DNA from: Parcubacteria group bacterium GW2011_GWC1_45_14
GTDB lineage: Bacteria; Patescibacteriota; Minisyncoccia; Moranbacterales; GWC2-37-73
DNA: 64,000 nucleotides
Assembly (NCBI GenBank): GCA_001001345.1
Contig: LCKI01000001.1
Coordinates: forward strand, 339 to 64,338
Direction: 5' to 3'
The translations under genes and the position numbers were made by a program. Below the pieces are notes generated by a model that saw nothing but the letters and a program-made list of their open reading frames with translations, had not been told where the DNA came from and did not search any database. This document shows positions 9,863-19,561 of the stretch, in pieces. Within the stretch, counting starts at the first letter, position 1, and every line of letters starts with the position of its first letter.

Positions 9863-10369
9863 ATGGCGAACCGGCACCTTCAAAGATCGATAGCGATGCA
9901 ATCCCTTTTCGAGTGGGATTTCAAGGGAAAAAAAGATGAGATGATCGGAGAGATCATCGATCGCAACGTGCACGAATTCGCGCCGGGAGTCAGCGAAGCT
10001 TCTTTCGTGGAGAAATTGTCCAGGGGAACGGTCAGTCATCGCAGCGAAATAGACCCTATAATCGAGAAATGCGCTCCAGAATGGCCGCTTGAGCAGGTGA
10101 CAGTGGTTGACAGGAACATTTTGCGTTTGGGTATCTTCGAGTTGATGTACGGAAATTACGACGAGGTTCCTCCGAAAGTGGCCATCAATGAGGCGATCGA
10201 GCTTGCCAAGACCTTCGGCGGTGAAAGCAGCGCCAGGTTTGTCAACGGCGTCCTTGGAACCATCTATCGCGAATTGGGCGAGCCGATGAAGGACGACGTT
10301 TCAAAGAACCACAAGAAGGAAGAAAAAGAGAAGGATACGGAAACTGAAATAGTTTCCGAAGCGAAGTAA
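9863..10369 (+). CDS. nusB: Transcription antitermination factor NusB with acidic/basic C-terminal tail
   Basis: RRxAxQxLF start, [12 protein letters not shown]...FVNGVLG. Confidence 0.85.
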   Translation: MANRHLQRSIAMQSLFEWDFKGKKDEMIGEIIDRNVHEFAPGVSEASFVEKLSRGTVSHRSEIDPIIEKCAPEWPLEQVTVVDRNILRLGIFELMYGNYDEVPPKVAINEAIELAKTFGGESSARFVNGVLGTIYRELGEPMKDDVSKNHKKEEKEKDTETEIVSEAK

Positions 10370-10490
10370 ATACTTAAAGTCCTAATTTCAAATTTCAGAT
10401 TTCAAATCAAATCCTGATATTCAAACCTTCTGGTTTTGATAGCTGGCATTTATTTGACGATTGGCATTTGGATTTTGGAATTGAAATTCC

Positions 10491-11174
10491 ATGATTGAAT
10501 CTTTGTCCAAGAGAATCGGTGTCGAATTCGCCGAGATCTCGCTTTTGCAACAGGCCGTTACGCACAGATCATATCTTAATGAAAATAGGGATTATAAACT
10601 CGACCATAACGAACGGCTCGAATTTTTGGGTGACGCCGTTTTGGAGCTTATCGTGACGGAACATCTTTACAATAATTATGACAACCCGGAAGGCGAGCTC
10701 ACCGCTTGGAGGTCGGCATTGGTGAACGGTGAAATGCTGGCGGTCATCGCCAAGGGCCTGGGAGTGGAGGATTTCCTTATGATGAGCAAGGGGGAGAGCA
10801 AAGACACCGGCAGGGCGCGTCAATATCTTTTGGCCAACGCCATGGAAGCTATCATAGGGGCTATTTATATAGACCAGGGGTATGAGAGCGCGAAGAGATT
10901 CGTTTTGGATAACGTCGTGGTCAAACTTAAGGAGATTTTGGAAAACAAGCTTTATCTCGATGCTAAAAGTTATTTCCAGGAAAAAGCGCAGGAGAATGAA
11001 AAAGTGACGCCTTCATATAGGGTCATCAAGGAATGGGGGCCTGACCATGATAGGCATTTTGTCATAGGTGTTTATTTGGGAGAGAAGTTGGTGGCCGAAG
11101 GGGAAGGTACTTCCAAGCAAGAGGCGCAGCGGGAAGCCGCCAAGAAAGGATTGGAGGTCAAAGGCTGGCTATAG
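10491..11174 (+). CDS. rnc: Ribonuclease III
   Basis: ERLEFLGDAVLELIV signature, C-terminal dsRBD. Confidence 0.9.
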   Translation: MIESLSKRIGVEFAEISLLQQAVTHRSYLNENRDYKLDHNERLEFLGDAVLELIVTEHLYNNYDNPEGELTAWRSALVNGEMLAVIAKGLGVEDFLMMSKGESKDTGRARQYLLANAMEAIIGAIYIDQGYESAKRFVLDNVVVKLKEILENKLYLDAKSYFQEKAQENEKVTPSYRVIKEWGPDHDRHFVIGVYLGEKLVAEGEGTSKQEAQREAAKKGLEVKGWL

Positions 11175-11203
11175 CGTATTTCGGTATCTTTGGAAGTCGG
11201 CGG

Positions 11204-11236
11204 ATTTTTTCCGTCGACTTTTTTAATTTCCAGCCG
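11204..11236 (+). terminator. Rho-independent terminator after rnc
   Basis: aagtcggcgg-atttttt-ccgtcgactt stem then T-run. Confidence 0.45.
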
Positions 11237-11358
11237 CCTTTTCAGTTTGCAAATCGCATCAAAAAGGGGTAAAATTAAACCATAAACTGTTTGAATCATC
11301 AATTTATTTCAAGTATTCCATAAGCTGTTATTTAAGAAATAGCTCAAAAAAATAAAAA

Positions 11359-11427
11359 ACAAAAATTCACCCTGTGAAATCCCCGACGAGTCGGGGTCCG
11401 CCTCCAGCGGAATTTCACAGGGTAAAA
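11359..11427. repeat. Palindromic nested-hairpin element copy B, 5' of the amidohydrolase gene
   Basis: acaaaaattcaccctgtgaaat ... aatttcacagggtaaaa with two internal hairpins. Confidence 0.6.
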
Positions 11428-11437
11428 AACAAACAAG

Positions 11438-13033
11438 ATGTACGATATTTTGATAAAAAACGGCACGATCGTGGATGGCACAGGCAATCCGATGTATAAG
11501 GGGGATGTGGGCATAAAGGATGGATTGATCAAGGAGATAGGAGATTTGCATAACGAAAACGCGGAAAAAATCATCAATGCCTTGGGGAAATTGGTTGTCC
11601 CGGGGTTCGTTGATGTGAACAATCATTCCGATACTTATTGGCGAATTTTTATTGATCCGAATCTGGAAAGCTTGCTTCATCAGGGAATCACGACGATAGT
11701 AGGCGGGAATTGCGGATCATCCCTGGCTCCCCTGGTCAACAAGGATATTATCAAATCCATCCAAAAATGGGTCGATATCAAAGGGGTCAATCTTAACTGG
11801 CTTTCGGTTGGGGAATTTCTTGATGAGATAGAAAGACGGAAATTGCCGGTTAATTTCGCTACGCTCGTGGGGCATGGAACATTACGCCGGGGAATCATCC
11901 AGGATGAGGTCCGCGATCTCACTTCGTCCGAAATAGACATGATGGAGAAAATGCTCAAGGATGCGATGAAGGACGGGGCTATCGGCTTCTCCACGGGTCT
12001 TGTTTATACGCACGCAAAACGCGCTTCGCAAGACGAGATAATGCGCTTGGCCGAGGTGGTCAAAAAATACGAAGGAGTGTATACCACGCACGTCCGCGGT
12101 GAATCCGGAGAACTTATCGACGCTGTCGAGGAGGCGGTCAATATCGCCCAAAAGACTGGGGTGAAGCTCCAGGTTTCGCATCTTAAGGCCATGGGAGAGA
12201 GGCATTGGCATTTGATGGAAGAGGCTGTCAATCTGATCGAGACTGCTAGGATGAGCGGATTGGATATCAATTTCGACGTCTATCCGTATACCGCGACCGG
12301 GTCTGTTTTGTATATTCTGCTTCCGGACTGGGTTGCTGAAGGAGGAAAAAAACTCATGCTGCAAAGACTCAAGGATCCGGATATCAGGGCTAGGGCGATC
12401 AAGGAGATGAAGGAAGACGCCTTTGATTATTCTAAAATCGTGATTTCTATTTCCCCGTTAGACAAGACGCTGCGAAAAAAGAGTATCGCTGAAATAGCTA
12501 AAAGCCAAGGGAAAGGCATTGAGGAGGCTATAATCGACACCCTGATCGCCAGCGAGGGAAGAGTGGTTACCATGATGGAGGTCCTTAGTGAGAAAAATGT
12601 CAAAAACGCTATCCAAAATCCTTTTTCGATCATATCTTCTAATGGTAGCGGATATTCCATCGATCACCAGCAAACCGGAGAACTCGTGCATCCTAGGAAC
12701 TTCGGTTCTTTTCCGCGCGTGCTTGCTAAATATGTGAGGGCAAAGAGTCTTTTGAGTTGGGAGGAAGCTATCCGCAAGATGAGCGGGCTTCCGGCGGAAA
12801 AATTCGGCATAAGGAAAAGGGGAATTATCAAGGTGGATAATTTCGCGGATATCGTGGTTTTCGATAAAAACAATGTCGAGGATCTGTCCACGACCGACAA
12901 CCCGTACCAATATTCGAAAGGTATTGACTGGGTGGTCATAAATGGTAAGGTGGTAATTGACGAAACGAGGCTTACTGAAGCCAGGCCGGGTGCGGTCCTG
13001 CGGAGGGAGTCAAGGTCAATCTTTGAATTTTAA
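11438..13033 (+). CDS. Amidohydrolase, N-acyl-D-amino-acid deacylase (D-aminoacylase)-like; HxH metal motif replaced by NNH
   Basis: YDILIKNGTIVDGTG...VVPGFVDVNNHSD resembles D-aminoacylase N-terminus. Confidence 0.75.
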   Translation: MYDILIKNGTIVDGTGNPMYKGDVGIKDGLIKEIGDLHNENAEKIINALGKLVVPGFVDVNNHSDTYWRIFIDPNLESLLHQGITTIVGGNCGSSLAPLVNKDIIKSIQKWVDIKGVNLNWLSVGEFLDEIERRKLPVNFATLVGHGTLRRGIIQDEVRDLTSSEIDMMEKMLKDAMKDGAIGFSTGLVYTHAKRASQDEIMRLAEVVKKYEGVYTTHVRGESGELIDAVEEAVNIAQKTGVKLQVSHLKAMGERHWHLMEEAVNLIETARMSGLDINFDVYPYTATGSVLYILLPDWVAEGGKKLMLQRLKDPDIRARAIKEMKEDAFDYSKIVISISPLDKTLRKKSIAEIAKSQGKGIEEAIIDTLIASEGRVVTMMEVLSEKNVKNAIQNPFSIISSNGSGYSIDHQQTGELVHPRNFGSFPRVLAKYVRAKSLLSWEEAIRKMSGLPAEKFGIRKRGIIKVDNFADIVVFDKNNVEDLSTTDNPYQYSKGIDWVVINGKVVIDETRLTEARPGAVLRRESRSIFEF

Positions 13034-13160
13034 TAGCAACTCTAATTTACGAATAAACACCCTAATGACCCTAATGGGTTTTTCATTCGAGTCATTCGAG
13101 TGACCGCTGACACCATTAAGGATGGAAGCGGATTCGAGTCATTAGAGTCGCTTTATCAAT

Positions 13161-14558
13161 ATGAATCCATCTTTTTTCAAAAATAAGAAAATAACCGTTT
13201 TCGGACTCGGCCTTCACGGCGGAGGAGTTGGCACGGTTAAGTTCTTGGTCGCCAACGGAGCCAAGGTTATCGTAACCGACATCAAAACGAGGGAGCAATT
13301 GGCATCCTCTTTGGATAAACTTAAGGGGTTGAAGAACGTCGAATATATCTTAGGGCAGCACCGACCGGAAAATTTCACCAAAGTGGATATGGTCATCAAA
13401 ACGCCTCCAGTCCCCTGGACGGACAAGAACGTGAAGCTTGCCCTGGACGCGGGCGTGCCTGTCGAGGGCGATTCGAGTCTTTTTTTTAAGCTCTGTAAAA
13501 ATCCGATCATCGGAGTGACGGGATCGAAAGGCAAGACGACCACGGCGGTTTTTATTTATGAAATCCTTAAGTCTGCCGGAAAGCATGCGGTCAAAGTCGG
13601 AATCGGACAGACTTCGGTTCTGGATAAATTGGCTTTGCTCAAGAAGGATTCCGTCGTGGTTTTCGAGCTTTCCAGTTGGAGGCTTTCCGCGTTGGGTAGA
13701 TATAACCTCAGCCCCCAGATCGCAGTTTTTAAAAATATGCTTCGCGACCATCTCAATTATTACAAGACGATGGAAGCCTACATGAAGGACAAGAAAAATA
13801 TTTTCCTTTTCCAGAAGCCCAAGGATTGGTTGGTTATCAATGAGGATGATGAGCTGGTGAGGGAGGCGGCCAAGGAGGCCAAATCTCAGATATTCAGATT
13901 TTCCTATAATCCCGTTGAAAAAAACAAAGCCGTATTTATCGACAACGACGCCATCTTCCTTAATAACGGTATAGACGTGAAGAAGTTGATTTCGCTTTCC
14001 GAGATAAAGATTCCGGGAAGGCATAATCTTTCCAATATCATGGCGGCGATCTCCGCTTGCTATGCGTTCGGCATCGCTGCGGCGGAAATAAAAAAGGCGG
14101 TCCCTGACCTTAAGGGTGTTCCGCACAGATTGGAGTTTGTGCGAGAGTTCTCCGGGGTGAGGTTTTATAATGATACGGCGGCGACTATCCCGGATGCTAC
14201 CATTTCAGCGCTTAACTCCTTTGAGGCCCCGATCACCTTGATTGCCGGTGGCACCGACAAGGGATTGGATTTTGCCGAGCTTGGAAAGGAAATTGTTCAG
14301 AAAGCGAAAAACGTCATCCTGCTCAAGGGCAATGCGACCGACGATCTTCTGATAAGGATTAGGAAGAATTTTCCCGAAGGACAAGAAAAAGAAATAGAAA
14401 TCGTGGACTCGATGGAAGAAGCTGTTGGGAAAGCTGTCGAGGTGGCTACGGCGGGGGATGTCGTCTTGCTTTCCCCGGGCGCGGCCAGTTTCGGGCTGTT
14501 TCTTAATGAATTCGACCGAGGGGAGAAATTCCGCGAAGCGGTGAATAGGTTGAAGTAG
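13161..14558 (+). CDS. murD: UDP-N-acetylmuramoylalanine--D-glutamate ligase
   Basis: GVTGSKGKTTT P-loop, Mur ligase architecture. Confidence 0.9.
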   Translation: MNPSFFKNKKITVFGLGLHGGGVGTVKFLVANGAKVIVTDIKTREQLASSLDKLKGLKNVEYILGQHRPENFTKVDMVIKTPPVPWTDKNVKLALDAGVPVEGDSSLFFKLCKNPIIGVTGSKGKTTTAVFIYEILKSAGKHAVKVGIGQTSVLDKLALLKKDSVVVFELSSWRLSALGRYNLSPQIAVFKNMLRDHLNYYKTMEAYMKDKKNIFLFQKPKDWLVINEDDELVREAAKEAKSQIFRFSYNPVEKNKAVFIDNDAIFLNNGIDVKKLISLSEIKIPGRHNLSNIMAAISACYAFGIAAAEIKKAVPDLKGVPHRLEFVREFSGVRFYNDTAATIPDATISALNSFEAPITLIAGGTDKGLDFAELGKEIVQKAKNVILLKGNATDDLLIRIRKNFPEGQEKEIEIVDSMEEAVGKAVEVATAGDVVLLSPGAASFGLFLNEFDRGEKFREAVNRLK

Positions 14559-14686
14559 GATTTATTTGGCCGTGCCGCGTGATCATGAGTGAACGTTCTT
14601 CTGCGTACCCACGTAAAATAATTTCTGTTGAAATTATCACGTGGCTCGCGAAAATCATTCACAAATGAACTCATGATTTTACGCGG

Positions 14687-14715
14687 TTGCTTTTTGGGAA
14701 AAAGTGTGCTATAAT
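14687..14715 (+). promoter_or_regulatory. Sigma70-like promoter TTGCTT-17-TATAAT followed by 6-codon mini-ORF (MKGVSP) and hairpin/T-run
   Basis: -35 at 14687-14692, -10 at 14710-14715, terminator-like hairpin around 14735-14770. Confidence 0.4.
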
Positions 14716-14845
14716 GGATATACGAAGGTAAATGAAGGGTGTTTCTCCGTAAGGGGAGCCCTTTTTTGCTTTTATATGGCCCTCCTTCGCACGAGGCTTC
14801 GGGCGGGTAAAAAGAAAAATGAATATTTCAATAGAAAACGGTTCT

Positions 14846-14910
14846 TTTTACCCTGTTAAATAATCCTGCTTGGGCGGGATTGCCGCTTAACGGCATTTAA
14901 CAGGGTGAAC
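14846..14910. repeat. Palindromic nested-hairpin element copy C1
   Basis: ccctgttaaataat ... atttaacagggtgaac. Confidence 0.6.
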
Positions 14911-14920
14911 AAAAATAAAT

Positions 14921-14990
14921 ACAAAAATTCACCCCTGTTAAATTGCGCTTGTAGCGCACCGGCCTTGCCGGATTTAACGGGGCAAGAAAA
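14921..14990. repeat. Palindromic nested-hairpin element copy C2 (tandem with C1)
   Basis: acaaaaattcacccctgttaaatt ... gatttaacggggcaagaaaa. Confidence 0.6.
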
Positions 14991-15063
14991 TTCCGCCAAA
15001 AAGCGGAAAAACCATCATAAAGGCTAGATTCCTCGCCTTTGTCCCTTCGAGGGACTCAACATG

Positions 15064-15102
15064 AAAAAGAATCCTGATTTAAAAGGATTCTTTTTGTTTT
15101 TT
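15064..15102 (+). terminator. Rho-independent terminator upstream of murA leader
   Basis: aaaaagaatcct-gatttaaa-aggattcttttt then gttttttc. Confidence 0.5.
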
Positions 15103-15308
15103 CTGCGCGTTTTTCCGTGGCTGAGCGCGGTGGGATTTGTCTTGAAAAAAACATAGGAGTGCGGTACACTGGGCGTATGCCCGGATGGGTGGTTTTTGAG
15201 GTTACAATAGGAATTGTTGAGAGTTTTTGAAGGTAGTATAGGATAACAATAACTTCGTTATAAATAATTCCTTCGGGGGGAAACCTGAGACGGAATTTTG
15301 AAAAATAT

Positions 15309-16577
15309 ATGGATTATTTCGTCATCAATGGGGGCAAAAAACTTGCCGGTGAAATCGAAGTGCGCGGAAGCAAAAATGCGGCCGCCCCGATAATCGCGGC
15401 GACGCTCCTGACCAAGGAGCCTTGCGTGCTTTCCAATGTCCCGCTTATTGAGGATATCTTCAAGCTTCTTGAAATCATCAAGAGCATGGGAGCGGAGGTG
15501 GAATGGGTCGGGGAAAGGAAAGTGAAGATCACCGCCAAGGATTTGGACGTGGAGAAGATAGATTACGAACTGGTCAAGAAAATCAGATTGTCCGTGCTCC
15601 TGCTGGGATCGCTTTCGGCGCGTTTTGACAAATTCGAGCTGGCTAATCCTGGCGGATGCAAGATCGGCAAAAGGCCATTGGGAACACATTTCCATGCGCT
15701 GGAGGAATTGGGAGTCAAAGTTACTCAGGATGAGAAGTTTTATCTGGTGGATGCGAGCAAAAGGAAGGATGCGCAGATAATCTTGAGGGAGTTTTCCGTG
15801 ACTGCGACCGAGATTGCTATGATGCTCGCTGCCGGAATGCCGGGAAAGACGATAATCAAGATCGCTGCAGCCGAACCGCACGTGGAGGATTTGGGGAAAT
15901 TCCTGATCAGGATGGGCGCGAAGATAAAAGGCCTTGGGACGCACACTTTGGAAATCGAAGGAACCAGGAAACTTGACGGTGCAAAACACGAAATAATTCC
16001 GGATGCCAATGAGGCGGCGACGTTCCTGATCATGGGAGTCGCGACCAAGAGTCCGATTATCGTCAAGAACGCGCGCGAAGAACATTTGGATTTGGTGTTG
16101 GAGAAACTGCGCGAGATGGGAGCGGAATTTTTGGTTAGGAAAAATGAGATCCAAGTAATTCCGGCAAAAAAAATCAAGGCTCTTTCTAAAATCGATGCTA
16201 GGATTTATCCCGGAATTCCGACCGACGATCAAGCGCTGTTCGGCGTTTTGGCGACGCAGGCTGAAGGTGAGACTTTGGTATTCGATACGCTTTTCGAAGG
16301 AAGGTTTAATTATGTGACGGAGATTGAAAAGATGGGAGCGACCGTGAAAGTTCTCAACCCGCACCAGGCCGTCTTTACGGGACCGACGCCGCTTCGAGGG
16401 GAAACGATCACGAGCTATGACCTGCGTGCCGGAGCCTCGCTGATTTTGGCCGCGCTTTTGGCGAAAGGACAATCCGTGATCAAGGAGATTTACCAAGTCG
16501 ATCGCGGTTATGAAAAAATAGAGGAGAGGTTGCAAAAATTGGGAGCGGACATCCAAAGGGTGCCGGAAGGGGAATAG
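15309..16577 (+). CDS. murA: UDP-N-acetylglucosamine 1-carboxyvinyltransferase
   Basis: GGKKLAGEIEVRGSKNAA N-terminus; EPSP-synthase fold length. Confidence 0.9.
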   Translation: MDYFVINGGKKLAGEIEVRGSKNAAAPIIAATLLTKEPCVLSNVPLIEDIFKLLEIIKSMGAEVEWVGERKVKITAKDLDVEKIDYELVKKIRLSVLLLGSLSARFDKFELANPGGCKIGKRPLGTHFHALEELGVKVTQDEKFYLVDASKRKDAQIILREFSVTATEIAMMLAAGMPGKTIIKIAAAEPHVEDLGKFLIRMGAKIKGLGTHTLEIEGTRKLDGAKHEIIPDANEAATFLIMGVATKSPIIVKNAREEHLDLVLEKLREMGAEFLVRKNEIQVIPAKKIKALSKIDARIYPGIPTDDQALFGVLATQAEGETLVFDTLFEGRFNYVTEIEKMGATVKVLNPHQAVFTGPTPLRGETITSYDLRAGASLILAALLAKGQSVIKEIYQVDRGYEKIEERLQKLGADIQRVPEGE

Positions 16578-16641
16578 AAAAAAATTTCTAATTTCCATTT
16601 TTTAATTTTTAATCAAATCTAAATTTTAAATTTTCAATGGG

Positions 16642-17343
16642 ATGAAAGTGTGGAAAAAGAAAAAATTGACCGGTAAATATGGCAAGATCCAGGAGACAGT
16701 TGAAAAGGAACTTTCCTGCAGCGCGCACAATATTGACCACACTATGCGTGTTTATAATATGGCTCTCAATATTGCCAAACAAGAGAGAGATGTTGATTTG
16801 GACGTATTAAAAATGGCGGCGCTTCTTCATGATATTGCGAGAGTGAAGGAGGATGATGATAAAACTGGAAATGTTTGCCATGCCGAGGAGTCATCTAAGA
16901 TGGCGGAACCGATTTTGAAAAATTTGGGATATTCAGCAAATAAGATCGGAGATATAAAGCACTGTATCTTGTCTCACAGACACAGGACGAATAATAAGCC
17001 GGAGAGCATCGAAGCGAAAATACTTTTTGACGCCGATAAGCTGGATTCATTGGGGGCTATTTTCATGATAAGGGCCGGAGCGTGGATGGCTCGCCATAAT
17101 TGTCCGATTTTTCCCCAAATGGGTTTGAAAAAATACATAAAAATCAACCTGATTGGAGAAAAAGAAGATGGGAGGATAAAGGATCCAAGCAAGCATAGCT
17201 TGTATTACGAATTTGAAATAAAGAATAGGAAATTACCACAATTGATGTTTACGAAGACCGGTAAGAAGATCGCGCGGCAGAGGCTGAGATTCGATGAAAT
17301 ATTCCTAGATAGATTAGCAAAGGAAGTGGAGGGAATTTTATAA
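16642..17343 (+). CDS. HD-domain phosphohydrolase
   Basis: HxxxHD...D motifs (HTMRVYNMA...LLHDIAR...DADKLD). Confidence 0.7.
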   Translation: MKVWKKKKLTGKYGKIQETVEKELSCSAHNIDHTMRVYNMALNIAKQERDVDLDVLKMAALLHDIARVKEDDDKTGNVCHAEESSKMAEPILKNLGYSANKIGDIKHCILSHRHRTNNKPESIEAKILFDADKLDSLGAIFMIRAGAWMARHNCPIFPQMGLKKYIKINLIGEKEDGRIKDPSKHSLYYEFEIKNRKLPQLMFTKTGKKIARQRLRFDEIFLDRLAKEVEGIL

Positions 17344-17403
17344 AATTTGGTCATTGGAAATTGTTTAGGAATTAGAAATTAGTAATTAGAAATTTTTTAT
17401 CAT

Positions 17404-18411
17404 ATGTTCATCAGAAAAATGGGAATTGATTTGGGGACGGCGAACACCTTGGTGTTCGTTCCGGGAAGGGGGATTATCATAAACGAGCCGTCGGTGGTGG
17501 CGGTTTCATTAATCGATAATACCGTTTTGGCCGTGGGCAACGAGGCTAAGGAGATGCTCGGAAGGACGCCGGACACGATCGTGGCGTCGCGTCCGATGAA
17601 AGACGGCGTTATCGCGGATTACCGCGTGACGGAGGCGATGCTCCGTTATTTCATCAACAAGGTCAGCGGGAAAGTGCGATTCTTCAAACCCGAAATTATG
17701 ATTTCGATTCCGGCCGGAGTGACGTCGACGGAAAGAAGGGCGGTGGTGGACGCGGCGGTGAAGGCGGGAGCCAAGTCGGCCTATGTCGTGAAGGAGCCGC
17801 TCCTGGCGGCTATCGGCGCGGGAATCCCGATCCATAACGCGCAGGGGAACATGATCGTGAATATCGGAGGGGGAACTTCGGAAATCGCGGTTATTTCTTT
17901 GGGTGGGATCGTCGTGGCTAACAGCGCCCGCGTCGGAGGAAACAAATTCGACCAGGCCATTTCTGATTATATCAAGAGAAAGTACGGGTTGGCCGTTGGG
18001 GAAAGGACTGCGGAGGAAATCAAAATTGAGATCGGCAGCGCCATCGCCCAGGTCAAGGAGGAATACATGGACGTCAGGGGCAGGGATCTTATGGGTGGGT
18101 TGCCAAAGACGGTGAAGATTTCCTCCAATGAAGTGACGGAGGCTCTGCAAGACGAGCTCCGCGAAGTCATAAACGCGATCAAGAAAGTTTTCCAGGATAC
18201 GCCCCCTGAGCTTGCTGCGGACATCATGGACAAGGGGATGGTACTTTCCGGAGGAGGAGCTCTTCTGCGCAACCTTGATCAGCTCATCACTAAGACGATC
18301 GGCGTTCCTTGTTACGTGGCTGACGATCCTCTTTTCTGTGTGATTAAGGGAACCGGAATCTCGTTGGACAACCTGGAACTTTATAAGAGGACCATAATGC
18401 TTTCGAAATAA
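17404..18411 (+). CDS. mreB: Rod-shape determining protein MreB
   Basis: GIDLGTANTLVF actin-fold phosphate-1 motif, 335 aa. Confidence 0.9.
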   Translation: MFIRKMGIDLGTANTLVFVPGRGIIINEPSVVAVSLIDNTVLAVGNEAKEMLGRTPDTIVASRPMKDGVIADYRVTEAMLRYFINKVSGKVRFFKPEIMISIPAGVTSTERRAVVDAAVKAGAKSAYVVKEPLLAAIGAGIPIHNAQGNMIVNIGGGTSEIAVISLGGIVVANSARVGGNKFDQAISDYIKRKYGLAVGERTAEEIKIEIGSAIAQVKEEYMDVRGRDLMGGLPKTVKISSNEVTEALQDELREVINAIKKVFQDTPPELAADIMDKGMVLSGGGALLRNLDQLITKTIGVPCYVADDPLFCVIKGTGISLDNLELYKRTIMLSK

Positions 18412-18414
18412 AAT

Positions 18415-19515
18415 ATGAAAATCGGTATCGACGGCTCAAGGGCCTTCATAAAAAGACGGACGGGAATAGAGGAGTATTCTTATCAGGTCATTAAGAACTT
18501 GCGTCCGTGGCTCAATGAAGACGAGGTGTTTTTATATGTGCGCCATAATCAAGCGGTCGATTTCGATCTGCCGGAAAACTGGAAAATTAAAAAACTTTGG
18601 TTTCCGAGATTTTGGACCCAGATACGACTTTCCTTGGAAATTCTTTTGGGGTCGGTCGATAAGCTTTTCGTTCCGGCGCACACTGTGCCCTTTGTGCATC
18701 CTAAAAAAACGGTCGTGGTCATCCATGGCCTGGAGTATGAATTTTGCCCCAAAGCGTATTCTTTTTTGGAAAGGATATATATGCGGTTCGTGATCAAAAA
18801 TTCCTGCAAGTGGGCGAGCAAGGTTGTTTGCGTTTCGGAAAACACCAAGAGGGATGTGATGAAACTTTATGGCACAGAGGAAGATAAAATAGAAGTCGTC
18901 TATGAGGGATATTCCGGAAAAGACGGTGCGTCGGAGAGCGCCGGCATCCTCGGGCATGCCTCGAAGGAGAAATGCGATATCGGGGCGCCCTACATCCTTT
19001 TTGTCGGAAGGATAGAGGAAAGGAAAAACGTGAAGGGAATCATAGAGGCTTTCGAGATAGTGAAGGAGAAATACGGAGTGGAGCATAAACTGGTTCTTGC
19101 AGGTAAACCCGGTTACGGATACGGGGATATACGGAAAAGGATTGAGATTTCCAAATTCAGAAATGATGTCGTGGAGATGGGATATGTGAGCGATGAGGAG
19201 AAATGGGAAATCCTCAGGTGCGCCGACGTGTTCGTTTTCCCGACTTTTTATGAAGGATTCGGACTGCCTATTTTGGAAGCGCAGAACGCCTTTGTCCCGG
19301 TTGTTACCTCCAAGGTTTCTTCTATTCCGGAAGTGGCCGGTGACGCTGCCCTGTATGCTGATCCGAATGACCACCACACAATCGCCGAAAACATATACGT
19401 CCTCATTAGTAACAGGGAGGCCAAGGAGGACATGGTGAGAAGAGGGGTTGAAAACGTGAAAAGGTTCAGTTGGGCGGATTGCGCCAAGAAACTGGCGCTT
19501 ATGATCAAGGAATAA
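18415..19515 (+). CDS. Glycosyltransferase family 1 (GT4-type)
   Basis: EGFGLPILEAQ...PVVTS motif. Confidence 0.8.
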   Translation: MKIGIDGSRAFIKRRTGIEEYSYQVIKNLRPWLNEDEVFLYVRHNQAVDFDLPENWKIKKLWFPRFWTQIRLSLEILLGSVDKLFVPAHTVPFVHPKKTVVVIHGLEYEFCPKAYSFLERIYMRFVIKNSCKWASKVVCVSENTKRDVMKLYGTEEDKIEVVYEGYSGKDGASESAGILGHASKEKCDIGAPYILFVGRIEERKNVKGIIEAFEIVKEKYGVEHKLVLAGKPGYGYGDIRKRIEISKFRNDVVEMGYVSDEEKWEILRCADVFVFPTFYEGFGLPILEAQNAFVPVVTSKVSSIPEVAGDAALYADPNDHHTIAENIYVLISNREAKEDMVRRGVENVKRFSWADCAKKLALMIKE

Positions 19516-19561
19516 TATCGTCATCGACGGCTGAGAGTAGTGATTAGGAAGTAAAAAAAAT

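Noticed and set aside
15258-16598. 446-aa minus-strand ORF antisense to murA, and similar long antisense ORFs at 13350-14126, 17509-18150, 18532-19593, 20461-21345, 61564-62481
   Set aside because: Each lies opposite a confidently identified conserved gene (murA, murD, mreB, GT1, holB, glyQS), with Arg/Ser/Pro-rich low-complexity translation typical of antisense frames.
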